Below are positions 12,338-23,261 of a stretch of 64,000 bases of DNA, piece after piece. The notes under the pieces are model-generated. The model saw nothing but the letters and a program-made list of their open reading frames with translations, had not been told where the DNA came from and made no database searches. The DNA is from Sphaerodactylus townsendi. Taxonomy: Eukaryota. A program made the position numbers and the translations under genes. Position 1 is the first letter of the stretch. Every line of letters begins with the position of its first letter. The stretch is from positions 125,488,001 to 125,552,000 of the forward strand of contig NC_059427.1 of assembly GCF_021028975.2 (NCBI RefSeq), read 5' to 3'.

Positions 12338-12507
12338 ACCTAGGGATTCTTCTCTGTCCATTGGTTTTTTCAAAACTCACACCTTCCAATTTCATTATTT
12401 TTTCCTGGTCCTCTAAAATGGCTACCACCTCCTTTCAATACAAAGTAAGTTCAGGAAGTTGCTGCAGATTAATTCAATATTGAGATTCCATCTTTCTGTG
12501 AGACAAT

Positions 12508-13049
12508 GGCCCTTTCCGCATGGGCAATAAAGAGCGCCCCAGGGATGCTAAAAACAGCGTCCCTGGAGAGGGGTTTGCATGGCCGCCGCTGCTGCATCAC
12601 AGCAGCACTGGCCTCGCAACCCCCGAGTGGCGCGAAGATGCTGCTTCCGAACCTCGCTCACTGAGCGAGGTTTTTCGGAAGCAGTGTCTTCCAACTGCTG
12701 TCATGCAAACAGCAGCGGCTGGAAGGTGCCATTTACCCCCCTCTCCCGAATGCCTTACCGTCCCCTCTGGCCTTCCAGCACATTGCACAGGCCAGGGGAC
12801 ACGCCCCCCCCCCCACCCTGCGACTCCAGAGCTGTCGCACAGGGGAGGGGGGCATGCCCCTGGCCTGTGCGACGCACTGGAAGGCCGGAGGGAACAGTAA
12901 GGTGTTTGGGGGATGGTGTAGCCTCTGGGCAGGCTGCACTGACTTCCCCACCCCACCGGGACCCGCTCTGTGCGAACGGTCCCGGGGGGCGGTGCATCAG
13001 CGTCGTTTATGCCGATGCACCCCCACAGCGTGGCCATGCGGAAACAGCC
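12508..13049. mobile_element. PIF/Harbinger-like MITE
   Basis: TIRs ggccctttccgcatgg / ccatgcggaaacagcc; 3-bp TSD AAT; internal hairpin 12752-12902; CpG-rich. Confidence 0.75.
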
Positions 13050-15302
13050 AATGTATAAGTTTGCTGAAATCCATGGGTTTATCAGAGGACTGCATTAGAG
13101 GACTGCATTAGAAGAGTCCAAGACGCTTTTATGGTGCATAAGCCCCCTTCTTTGAACTCCATAGATCCTGATGTACCTGCACCACCTCCTTTTATAGGCT
13201 CCCTTTCATCCCCAGTGCAAATCAGCCTTTCTTCCCATCCTCTTGCTACTCCTCTGCTCAAAACAACAACTGTCCATAGGTGCTTTTTCAGAGAAAAATT
13301 GTGCAGAACTGTTGGTAACATGCAGATTGGCCTGCAAATAAAAGGGCTGGCAAAAACATCTGAATATGGCTGTGGAAAATAGAACTGCTGCCAAACAGAG
13401 TAGATAATATTAGGCTAGAGTCAGGACAAGGCAGGTTCATATGCATTCATTGATGATCATTTTGCTCAATTATACTTACTTTGCATCAAGCAGTTTTCAA
13501 ACGTCTACAGAACCATGAATCCTGCTGAAACTTGACATCCCAAAATGTCTTCAGTCTGGCATCTGCTACCAACTGGGACGGTCTTTCAGTATTTTCCTTG
13601 CTTAGAATAAAAAGTGAACTCATTTGCCTAAAATAATCTGTATGCAGAATGTGAGGTTTCTAATGACACTTTTTTGCATTATTACCTGACAGTAGAAACC
13701 TTTAAAGCAGGCACAGGTTATAAGTGTTTGTTTCTGATGATCCAACTATCTGTTTTCTCTACAGCTCTTATCTCTAGCCTACAGAAGATATAGACTTATG
13801 CCCAATGACAAATGTTGTAGAGCAGAAATTCCCCACAGTTCTGCGCTCATTAGCACTTGAACAGAATTCAGATATCTTGGCAGGAAAACAAATTATCTTC
13901 TCCTAATCCCTGGACCCCCTCCAACTATCCTTCACTGTAAACACTGCTAAATACAAATATCAGGGGCAGAATGTTCTGGGCATGGACATGCAGGTAAATA
14001 GCAGGATCTAAGACCAGTGGAATGGTGGCAACAACAGGGCCATATCCAGACAGGGACTGAGATGGTACTTCTAGAAGAGCATGCGTGGGCATCATTTCAG
14101 TCAGTCCTAGTTTTTCATATTCTTTTCTATAGTATATTGCAGCCAACCCAGGTTTCCAATGGAGTGTGCACCTAACAGAGAGCTGCAGCCAATTTTAACA
14201 CTCTCATCTGGGTACATATAGCAATGTGAATTTCTAAACATGAACTGTCCCAGTCCTGGCTATGAGCATATTAAGTCTGTGAGGAAGCAGATTTGGGGTG
14301 GGGTGGGGGGTTGGGCACATGTGCATTATTGCTCCAAAAATCGAGAACAGGTAACATAATATCTTGAATTAGATCCATGTATGTCAGTGGAAAGCCTTTG
14401 CACTACAAAGAACAGAATAATTTTAGAGGCAATAATGGTCACAAGAACACATTTGTGTAACAGATAGTGAGCACTTTACAAAGCAGTTAGTGTTCAAATG
14501 GAAACACATTCACCAGCAGGCTACCTGCCCAAGCTGCAAGATACCAGCACCCCAAGGCTGCTGTTTAATCCACTGCAATGTAATCTATGGCCCATTACGC
14601 CTGGAACACTTATTTCAACACTGATCTCTGCACAGTGGGCTCTCTTCCCATTTCTCTTTTTATACTCAAGGAGGCTGCCCACAGTCTGCAAGGCAGTTTA
14701 TCTGCTGAACTCTGCTGGGCCTCTGCTTCTCCCATACACAGGGATTTTTCTGCAAAGTGTCCTAGCCAAACTGATCCACAATTTTATCCCCCTCCCCTCT
14801 TCCTCATTGTTTCCGTTTCCTCATTTTCTCCCCTCCATTCGGGGAGATTGACTACCACCCTTTTTTTCCTGATTTCTTTGGCCTTGTGTTAGTTTGCTAG
14901 ACCATCTCGATTTCTTGTCAATTACACTGGGTCTGTTGCTTCAGCAACAGAACTTCAGCATGCATTTATTTAAAAAAAGCTCCCAAAGCTTCTGATCCTT
15001 TTGAAATGGTGACGTGAAAAGTGGGAGGAATTGCTGTGATGGGGGAAAGTGGGGTAGACTACTGCAATAATAAGCAGTAAAAATATGAAGCGCTCTTAAA
15101 GCAATCGAGATCTCAAATTACAATGAACCATCATTTTTCACAGTCAATCTGAAATAAAGACAGTCTTTCACTTCCCCTGGAAAGAACCTAGACAGTGATG
15201 CTGGTATCTGAAGAGGAAGGAAAAGCCACAACCAGCCCAGGGGGGTGGGGAGACAGAAACTACCACAATATAATGTGATCCTGCAGAGGTACATCTGAGG
15301 AC

Positions 15303-15440
15303 ATGTGCAGAATAATGCACTTTCAATCCACTTTCAATGTACTTTGCAGCTGGATTTTACTGTGCGAAATAGCAAAATCCACTTGCAAACAATTGTGAAT
15401 GTATTGAAAGTGCATTATTCTGCATGTGTGGAAGGGGCCT
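15303..15440. mobile_element. Palindromic Harbinger-like MITE; partial copy at ~28093-28180
   Basis: gcagaataatgcactttcaat / attgaaagtgcattattctgc inverted arms; ggaaggggcc end. Confidence 0.65.
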
Positions 15441-15606
15441 AAGCCGAATGGGTGTAAAAGGGTTGTAATTCTGCTTAGGAGTGTACTGATATTTATTTAT
15501 TTTTATATTTATACCCCGCCCTACCCCCAAAATGTCTCGGGGTGGCTTACAGTGGCATAAAATCACTGAGTCTTCACCAGTTGGGTCTTCAAAGAAAGAC
15601 TAACCA

Positions 15607-16237
15607 GAACATAAGAAAGAGCCTGCTGGATCAGACCACAGTCCATCTAGTCCAGTACTCTGCTACTTGCAGTGGCCCACCAGGTGCCTTTGGGAGCTCA
15701 CATACAGGATGTGAAAGCAATGGCCTTCTGCTGCTGCTGCTCCAGAGCACCTAGTATGCTAAAGCATTTGCAATCTCAGATCAAAGAGGATCAAGATTGG
15801 TAGCCATAGATCGACTTCTCCATAAATCTGTCCAAGCCCTTTTTAAAGCTATCCAGGTTAGTGGCCATCACCACCTCCTGTGGCAGCATATTCCACGCAT
15901 CAATCACACCTTGCGTGAAGAAGTGTTTACTTTTATTAGTCCTAATTCTCTCCCCCCCCCCCCCCATTTTCAATGAATGCCCTCTGGTTTTAGTATTGTG
16001 AGAAAGAGAAATTTCTCTCTGTCAACATTTTCTACCCCATGCATAATTTTATAGACTTCAATCATATCCCCCCTCAGACGTCTCCTCTCCAAACTAGAGT
16101 CCCAAACGCTGCAGCCTCTCCTCGTAAGGAAGGTGCTCCAATCCTTCAATCATCCTCGTTGCCCCTCTCTGCACTTTTTCTATCTCTTCGATATCCTTTT
16201 TGAGATGGAGCGACCAGAACTGAACACAGTACTCCAA
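15607..16237 (-). mobile_element. CR1 LINE 3' fragment
   Basis: [46 protein letters not shown] and KHFFTQGVIDAWNMLPQEVV (CR1 ORF2 C-terminus) plus the 3' UTR. Confidence 0.92.
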
Positions 16238-16289
16238 GAACCTTGCCTCAGTTTTGTTGACAAGACTAAATGTTGTTGCTTCTAGCCCC

Positions 16290-17280
16290 AACTGGGCGCA
16301 AACGAGGAGCCTAGCAACCCGCCTCGCCTAAAATCCTGCCTTGGGACCTGGGCGAGCGCGCGGCCCCCACTCCCCTGCCCTCGGGTTAGGTCTCCACCCT
16401 GGAGGCGGAGCTCGTGGACGCGCAGGCACAAGTTTGGGCGAGGCGGCTTCAGCAAGTTCCGGGCCGGGACGGTGGTGGAAATCAGCGTCAGACTCATGGA
16501 GAGCGGCGGGAGCGCATATGGAGCGGCGAAGGCCGGCGGCACCTTTGACTTGTGGCGCTTCTTGCAGCAGCCACAGGTGGTGGTGCGCATCCTGAGCGCG
16601 GTGAGCGGCGGGGCTCGTAAGGCGCCAAGTGGGGGGGTGGGGGGGGGGGAGGCAGGCGGGCTGATTAATTATTTGCCGCGCCAGAGACCGTCTCGCCCTT
16701 CTTCTCGCTGTCCCGGGTGGAGTTTGGTGCGCCTGCCTTGATGGTGCGGAAGGGAGGGAGGGCGAACGAGCTGGGTAGGCTGGCCCAGGTGTTTCAGGAA
16801 CAGCTTGAGGTGGGACTATTTCATTGGAGGGGACGGCTCGTTACCGAGCCAGGCACCTGTGCCTTGGGAAGGGAGTGGCCGGTAGTGTCCTGCGGCGCTA
16901 TTCCAGAGTGGACGCCGGGGCCGATCCATCATGACTTCACAGAGGCCTGTCCCGAGCCGCTGCTAGGAGGAGTTTAGGTAGTTTGCAAAGTACCTGCGCT
17001 TCCGGACGGATCTCGTGGGACTGGCGCCCTCTCCTCCCCCCGCCCTGGTACTCTCCCCTCTGTGTGCTCAGAAGTGGAGACGTTGGTGCCCTTACATGCC
17101 TTTCCAGAACTGTGGTTAGTTAGGAGGGCTCCTCCAAGCGTCTTCGCGCTCTGGGGGGAGCCGGAGGCAATTAAACTCCCTAAAGGCCTCAGCTCTAAGT
17201 GCGGGGTTGAGGTGCAACCTGGTCATGTGGGTGTCAGCTGATGGGCAGGGGGTGAAGGAGGCGGGGGCGGCTCGTTTCAG
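16290..17280. promoter_or_regulatory. SYNGR2 CpG island/promoter
   Basis: CpG-dense stretch spanning exon 1, with GC-box-like motifs. Confidence 0.75.
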
Positions 17281-20200
17281 TGTCTGTTTACTAGCTGGTG
17301 ACAAGCATGTGAGTCTGCTTTAGGCTTCATGTTACCATGGGCGGCTGCCACCACTGCTTGGTGGGTCCATTTATTAGTGGACATTTTTGGGGGCAGGGAA
17401 TCCATCAGTGCCCTGTAACTTCTGTAGAGGGTGAGCAAGAGGGAACAGGGGAGCTAGCGGCCAAGCTGTGTCAGGCTCCAGACACTGTCCTTCCTGACCG
17501 TCAGGCTGCCTTCTGAGGAAAGGTGCATCCTGCTACCGCTGTACTTACACTTCCGCTTTCCAGCACTTCTGAAGTGCTGCTGGACTTGAAAGTAACGGTT
17601 CTACTGCTCTGTGCTCGCCAACACAATTACCGTCGCCAACACAATTACCGTCTGAAACTTCTGCTTTCTGTCTCTGCCTCAGCATTGCTTTTTTCAGATC
17701 CAAGTCTCTTTTTTCTGGACAGTGACCAAGGATGCCTAGTTGTTGACCTGTAGCTAGGACAGCAGTAGTTCATTTGAGGCCCACTTTATGTTCTGGGAGT
17801 CTTAACATAGATCTGGAGGGAATTTTTTTTTCTCAGAAAGGAAAATTTTGTTAACAGAACCCTCAGATGGTGCCTTAAATATTATGTAGCCTTCTGTCAT
17901 TTGGTGGAGATGCATCTTCAGTAGCTTTAGTGCTTCATCCCCAGTCTGCATAGTACTACAGAACTCTGCCACCTCATTTAGGCATGGTATCTTGCACTCA
18001 CCGCAGTTACCACTTCCCTTCTCCTGGGTGTGAGATGAGACTTTTGCAAATATATGGGGTCTGCAACTTGATAGTGTACACAGAATGAGAACAGCCATGT
18101 AATCTTCCAGTGTGGGCAAAGACACATGAAGATAAGTGCTGTATTGGGGTAACAAAAATGAGGAACACACATACCGGATGTGGGATACATGGCTAAGTAG
18201 CAGTGCATGTGAACAAGATATTGGTGTATGGGTGGACAGTAAGTTAAATATGAGCAGCCCGTGTGAGGCAGCAACAAAAAAGGCTAATGCAGTCTTAGGG
18301 TGTATCAACAGAGGCATGACATCCAAATCATAAAATGTCATACAAACACCATACCTCACCTGGGATATTGTGTGCAGTTCTGGAGGCCTCACTTCAAAAT
18401 GGATGTGGACAGAATGGAGCGAGTGCAGAGGAGAATGATGAGGATGATCAGGGACCTATGAGGAGAGGCTGAGAGACTTGAGAATAGTTTGGATAAGAGA
18501 AAATTAAGGGGGACATGCTTGTTCTCTGTAAGTATTTGAAGGGCTGCCACTTATGGGAGGCTAGGGAGCTGTTCCTGTTGGCAGCAGAGGGTAGGACTCA
18601 CAATAACAGATATAAATTATGAAGAGAAAGGTTCCACCTGGATATTAGGGAAAACATTTTTACAGAAAGAATTGTGCAGCAGTGGAATCAGCTGCCTAGA
18701 AAGGTGGTGAGTTACTCCTCACTGGCAGTCCTTAAACAATGGCTGGAAAACTCCTGTCTAGGATGCTCTAGGTTGGTCCTGCATTGAGCAGGGGGTTGGA
18801 TAAATGGCTTGCATGGCCCCTTCTAATTCTATAATTCTATGAGGATGTTTCAAAAGTCATGCTTACATAGATGCTTGGGGCTTGGAGGTTTGGTTGGAAT
18901 TGTTAATGGCTTCATATCCCATCCCAGATGTGTTGCTGAATCCCCTCCTTACACACTGGAAGGTGCTAGCTTTATATTCTTCCTTTGCAGGTGTTTGCAC
19001 TCATAGTTTTCTCCTGCATCATTGGGGAAGGTTACACCAACCGTCATCCATCAGAACAGCTTTATTGCATCTTTAACCATAGCGAGGATGCCTGTCGTTA
19101 TGGCATTGGAATTGGTGTGCTTGCCTTCCTGGCCTGTGTATTCTTCTTCATGGTTGATGCCTACTTCCCACAGATTAGCAGTGCCACGGATCGCAAGTAT
19201 CTCGTTATGGCAGACTTGGGCTTCTCAGGTATTTGATGCTCATGGGGGTGGTCTGAAGCAAAATATTCAAGGACTGGATATTTGTGCAGCTGCTACTGAT
19301 TTTCCTATTCCTCTCTCCTAGCATTCCCTCTCCAAAGTCTGACAGTGATGCCCTTTTCTTGCTGTCAGAATGATTCGTGTTTGGATCTGACCTGGTGCCT
19401 GTTGGAGTCTGGTTTTTTAATGAATGAAAGTACCCTACAGGAGAAATGGCTTGAGTAACAGGCCCATTCTGCATGTAGTGCTTCCTGTGGTGCTCCCAGC
19501 CCTGTGGTTCCTTCGCAGTGCAGTCGTCTTGCATTTCCCTGTTTAAACACAAGGTGGAGCCCCACTGTCTGACACACAGCCACGATCATTCTCGCAGCTA
19601 CCTGTCCCTGCTCAAAAGGCAAGATATTACCTTTTAAAAGGCAAGATATTACCTTATGTTGATATATAAATATTGTTGGGGCTGCTTTTGGTTGCTTTTG
19701 CATTTTTAGGGAAAAGCTGGCCAATGATTCCTGAAGGGGGGGGAACATTCCCCCCCCCCCCCACTCCTCTGAGGGATCCATGGCTGGCTTTTCCATAAAA
19801 AAGCAGAAGCAACCAAAAACAGCCTTAGCCGTATTGATATTATCTTTAAAGAAACAAAAAAGCAACCTTCATCTTGCCTTTTGATTGAAGTGACCCAGAA
19901 GGAGGGAAACCCTGCATTGAGGCCCCACAGTTTCCCTGCTCTCGCAATCTGCTGGGAGCTCAGAATCTCTCGCAGTTCAACTCTAATGGCATCAGTTCAA
20001 GAATCTCTGCCCCGCAGGAACCATATGCTTGCTGCGGGGAGTATGCCAGTGTACAATCAGCCACAGAAACACTAATATTGCAGTTCTTTGGCAAGAGTTC
20101 TGTTGGACAATGACTGGGATCCTGATGTTCCTCAGTATAAACAAGCACGCCCCATGCCCTGAAGAAAATATCAGCAGCTGCTTGAATGAGACTGCTAGGC

Positions 20201-23200
20201 AGTGTTAAGTGTACCCTGAAAGACTCTTGCATAGAATGGATACTGGAATCCATGTGAATCCTAGAGCTGAATGAAGTACTACACAAAGAAAAATGGTATC
20301 TGTGTACTATTTATTTATTTGTTTATTTTGTGCAATTTGTAAGCCACCTTTCACTACAGGGCTTAGGGCAGCTTCCAACATGTGAAACACGGATCATATA
20401 ATAAAAAACATTTTTTAAAAAATTCTATCCATTAGATATTAATTGGATGGATATTCATGGCATAACCTCAAAAAGTCATCCTGACTGATTGGAGAGTAAG
20501 CCTAGCTTGCTCATAATGAAATTTCCAGACAAGTCAGATCATACTCTGATGTGGCAAAGGTAAGCAACAGCTGTGATTCCCCCAGTGAGAAAGAAACTGG
20601 AGAAAGCATAATGAGAAGTTATAGTAGAATGCCCATCAGCTGGAGTTTAGCATACAAGAGTGATTGGTATGTGTATGCTGTATAGCTTTCTGTTGAGTTT
20701 TCTGCTTCCAAACTAGTGGTGTCTCAGAACAGGGGCTAACAGAAGTTTCTGTATACTGTTAATAATATATTGCAGCTTTCTGCTCCTAAGCATTCTTTTT
20801 CTTTCCAGCCCTCTGGACCTTTTTGTGGTTTATTGGATTCTGTGTGCTGACAAACCAGTGGGCATCAACATCGTCTGTGGATGTAAACATTGGGGCTGAT
20901 TCTGCTCGTGCTTCAATTGCCTTCAGTTTCTTCTCCATTTTCTCATGGGTGAGTGAGGATTACTCTCTCTGCCCCTCCCCTCCAAGAGTTCATGCTTGAA
21001 CCTTGCCAGCTAGCCAGTTCAGGTATTTATCTAGAGACTGTCGAAGGCTTTCATGGCTGGATTCAACTGGTTCTGGTGGGTTTTCCAGGCTGTGTGGCTG
21101 TGGTCTGGTAGATCTTGTTCCTAACGTTTCGCCTGCATCTGTGGCTGGCATCTTCAGAGGTGTATCCCAGTGGGAAGTCTGGACACAGTGTGTAACAGAC
21201 TTCCCTCTGTGATACACCTCTGAAGATATCAGCCACAGATGCAAGCGAAACGTTAGGAACAAGATCCACTAGACCATGGCCACACAGCCCGGAAAACCCA
21301 CCACAACCACTATTTAGAGACTGTGGGGAACTAAGTAAAAATTGGTGGTTGTTATTTTGTACCTTATCACAGCCAGAACCCGTTTGAAATCTTACCTCTG
21401 CCATTAACTGACAAGGTTGCCTTGAGCCTTTCTTGACCTTAAAAAGGTAAAGGTAGTCTTCTGTGCAAGCAACCTGTCTTTACTAACTCATAGGGTGATG
21501 TCACATCACAGTGTTTACTAGGCAGGCTATGTTAGCAGGGTGGTTTGCCATTGTCTTCCCCAATCACCTACACTCTACCCCCAGGACCCTGGATACTAAT
21601 TGTACTCTTGGAAGGATGGAAGGTTGAGTAATCTTGAGCTGGCTACCTGAAACCAACTTCCATTGGGATCGAACTCAGGTTGTGAGCAGAGCTTTGACTG
21701 TAGTAATGCAGCTTACTACACTATGCCATAGGGCTCTTTTATTCTGGGCCTAGAAAGTGCTATAGAAATAATGGTGGCCTATTTTATGGGGGAGACATGT
21801 TAGTATTAGGTAAGGTATTAGGGTACTGTACCAGAGAAATCAGTGATTTGTGGGGAGGGAATGTCACCTTGCTCTTCAGGGAATACTAGGAAGCAGCACA
21901 TTCATAAGGGGCAATATTATGATCATAGGTTTTCGACTCTCTTTGTGGTTGAAAAGCTCTTGTGACACACAAAACCTTGTAGAACTCAGCCCTCTGCCAT
22001 TGCTTTGGCACGTCTTCACAAAAATAAAGAAAAAACCAGAAACAATTTAACAAGCATAATGTTCAGATGCAAAAATTATAATTAGTACTATTTGGAGAAA
22101 AATGCCTGGAGAAAGAGGTGTAAAATCTCATGCAATCCTTGGTCCACAGAGCCTAGGCTGGAAACAACGTTGTAGTACATTCAGGAGCAAAGTAGTGGCA
22201 TTGCCAAAGTTAACAGAACAAAACCATGAAAAGTTGGGGTTCAATTCCAATTGAGACTCAGCTGCAAGTGATATTGTTCTGATTTGCCTGTAAAGTCTCA
22301 GTGACAGCATGGCAAGTGTGAACCAATCTACTTAATTAAGAGCAGGTGCACTCTAATTTGCGGGACTGGGTTTGGTTCCCCACTCTGCCACTTGAGCTGT
22401 GGAGGCTTATCTGGTGAACCAGATTAGCTTGTTCACTCCAGCACATGCCAGCTGGGTGACCTTGGGCTAGACCAGTTGTTCTACGCTCTCTCAGCCCCAC
22501 CCACCTCACAGGGTGTTTGTTGTGGGGGGGGGGGGGGAGAAGGGAAAGGAGATTGTAAACCCCTTTGAGTCTCCTTACAGAAGAGAAAGGGGGGGATATA
22601 AATCCAAACTCTTCTTCTTCATTTCTAAATACACTTAAGAATTTAAATGTAGGAAATACTGTAATTATCATTTATCTGAGCGGTAGCATTGGTGAGCTGC
22701 TGCACTCTGCTCTGCCTAGAATTTAGCAGGCCAGTGTAGCCTCTGGGGGGCTCTAACCCTTAGAGTTCGAAAATCTGCAGTAGAGAGAACCCCAAAAGGG
22801 GTATACCCTTCAGATTCTGGATATATGTGCTTGTTAATTCTGATGGAACCAATTAGTGTAAATCAAACCCTTATTCTGAACCAGTAGTCTGATTTGGAGT
22901 GTTTTGTTTTGGGGGTTTTTCAGTGGATCTGTTCAAGTTCTGTTCTAATTCAGGGTTTTTTTTAGTTCAGGTTTGAATCCTGACCATACTCGCTATCCCC
23001 TCCAAGCTACTCTAGTGGATGAATTCTCTTGTTGATCAAACAGATAACTTCCTGTCTCCGCAGGGGCTCCTGATCACTTTTGCACTTCAACGCTACCGCA
23101 TGGGTGTGCAAGATTTTGCTAACAATTACGTTGACCCGGCTCCAGATCCACCCACCCCCTACTCCAGCTATCCGAATGTCAGCCACGAAAGCTACCAGCA

Positions 23201-23261
23201 GCCCCCCTTCACTCACATGAGAGAGGACTCAGAGGGCTACCAGCCTCCACCGGTGTATTGA
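16496..23261 (+). CDS. SYNGR2: Synaptogyrin-2 (cellugyrin), 226 aa; exons 16496-16600, 18991-19228, 20809-20948, 23064-23261
   Basis: MESGGSAYGAAKAGGTFD...; MARVEL domain VFALIVFSCIIGEGY...DRKYLVMADLGFS|ALWTFLWFIGFC...FSFFSIFSW|...EGYQPPPVY*; 681 nt in frame. Confidence 0.97.
18125..18843 (+). mobile_element. Degenerate CR1 LINE 3' fragment
   Basis: DIGVWVDSKLNMSSPCEAATKKANAVLGCINRGM peptide; attctat-type tail. Confidence 0.88.
21120..21160 (-). ncRNA. Minimal hammerhead ribozyme motif, intact
   Basis: CCU-CUGAAGA-U-GCCAGC-CACAGAU-GCAGGC-GAAA-CG-UU-AGG. Confidence 0.8.
21217..21257 (+). ncRNA. Minimal hammerhead ribozyme motif with disrupted stem II
   Basis: CCU-CUGAAGA-U-AUCAGC-CACAGAU-GCAAGC-GAAA-CG-UU-AGG. 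Confidence 0.65.
21441..21736 (-). mobile_element. Sauria-type SINE
   Basis: aaaggtaaaggtagtc tail; paralogous to 9731-10000. Confidence 0.7.
21812..22146 (+). repeat. 335-bp inverted duplication, copy 1
   Basis: Reverse complement of 42869-43203 with about 10 substitutions and no indels by manual alignment. Confidence 0.95.
22336..22620 (+). mobile_element. tRNA-derived squamate SINE
   Basis: ttaagagcaggtg..ctctaat head, ctctctcagccccacccacctcacagggtg core, ggatataaatccaaactcttcttc tail; copies at 44381-44659, ~58926-59128 and 62831-63315. Confidence 0.8.

Larger units (their letters stand above)
10476..14182 (-). pseudogene. Candidate decayed synaptogyrin-like paralogue; putative exons 14182-13945, ...-11080, 10672-10476
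   Basis: 238-nt AG..GT segment of the same length and phase as SYNGR2 exon 2; exon end TTCTCGTGG|gtgagtg versus SYNGR2 TTCTCATGG|gtgagtg; weak peptide similarity that needs frameshifts. Confidence 0.35.
21039..21310. mobile_element. Non-autonomous Penelope pLTR-derived palindromic insertion
   Basis: Homologous to the pLTR at 5807-5930; inverted arms 21068-21181 and 21196-21309; flanking duplication tat(c/t)tagagactgt at 21028-21041 and 21311-21324. Confidence 0.85.

Noticed and set aside
12520-13111. Multiple overlapping 70-160 aa ORFs
   Set aside because: Stop-poor GC-rich MITE sequence.
17615-17650. Perfect short tandem duplications (also near 13085, 19615 and 45260)
   Set aside because: Ordinary slippage duplications with no further structure.
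17802-18392. 196-aa minus-strand ORF
   Set aside because: Largely antisense to a degenerate CR1; no independent coding signal.
21850-22050. Near-identical 66-aa ORFs at 21850-22050 (+) and 42965-43165 (-)
   Set aside because: GTG start and no recognisable domain or splice context; the identity is explained by the DNA duplication.
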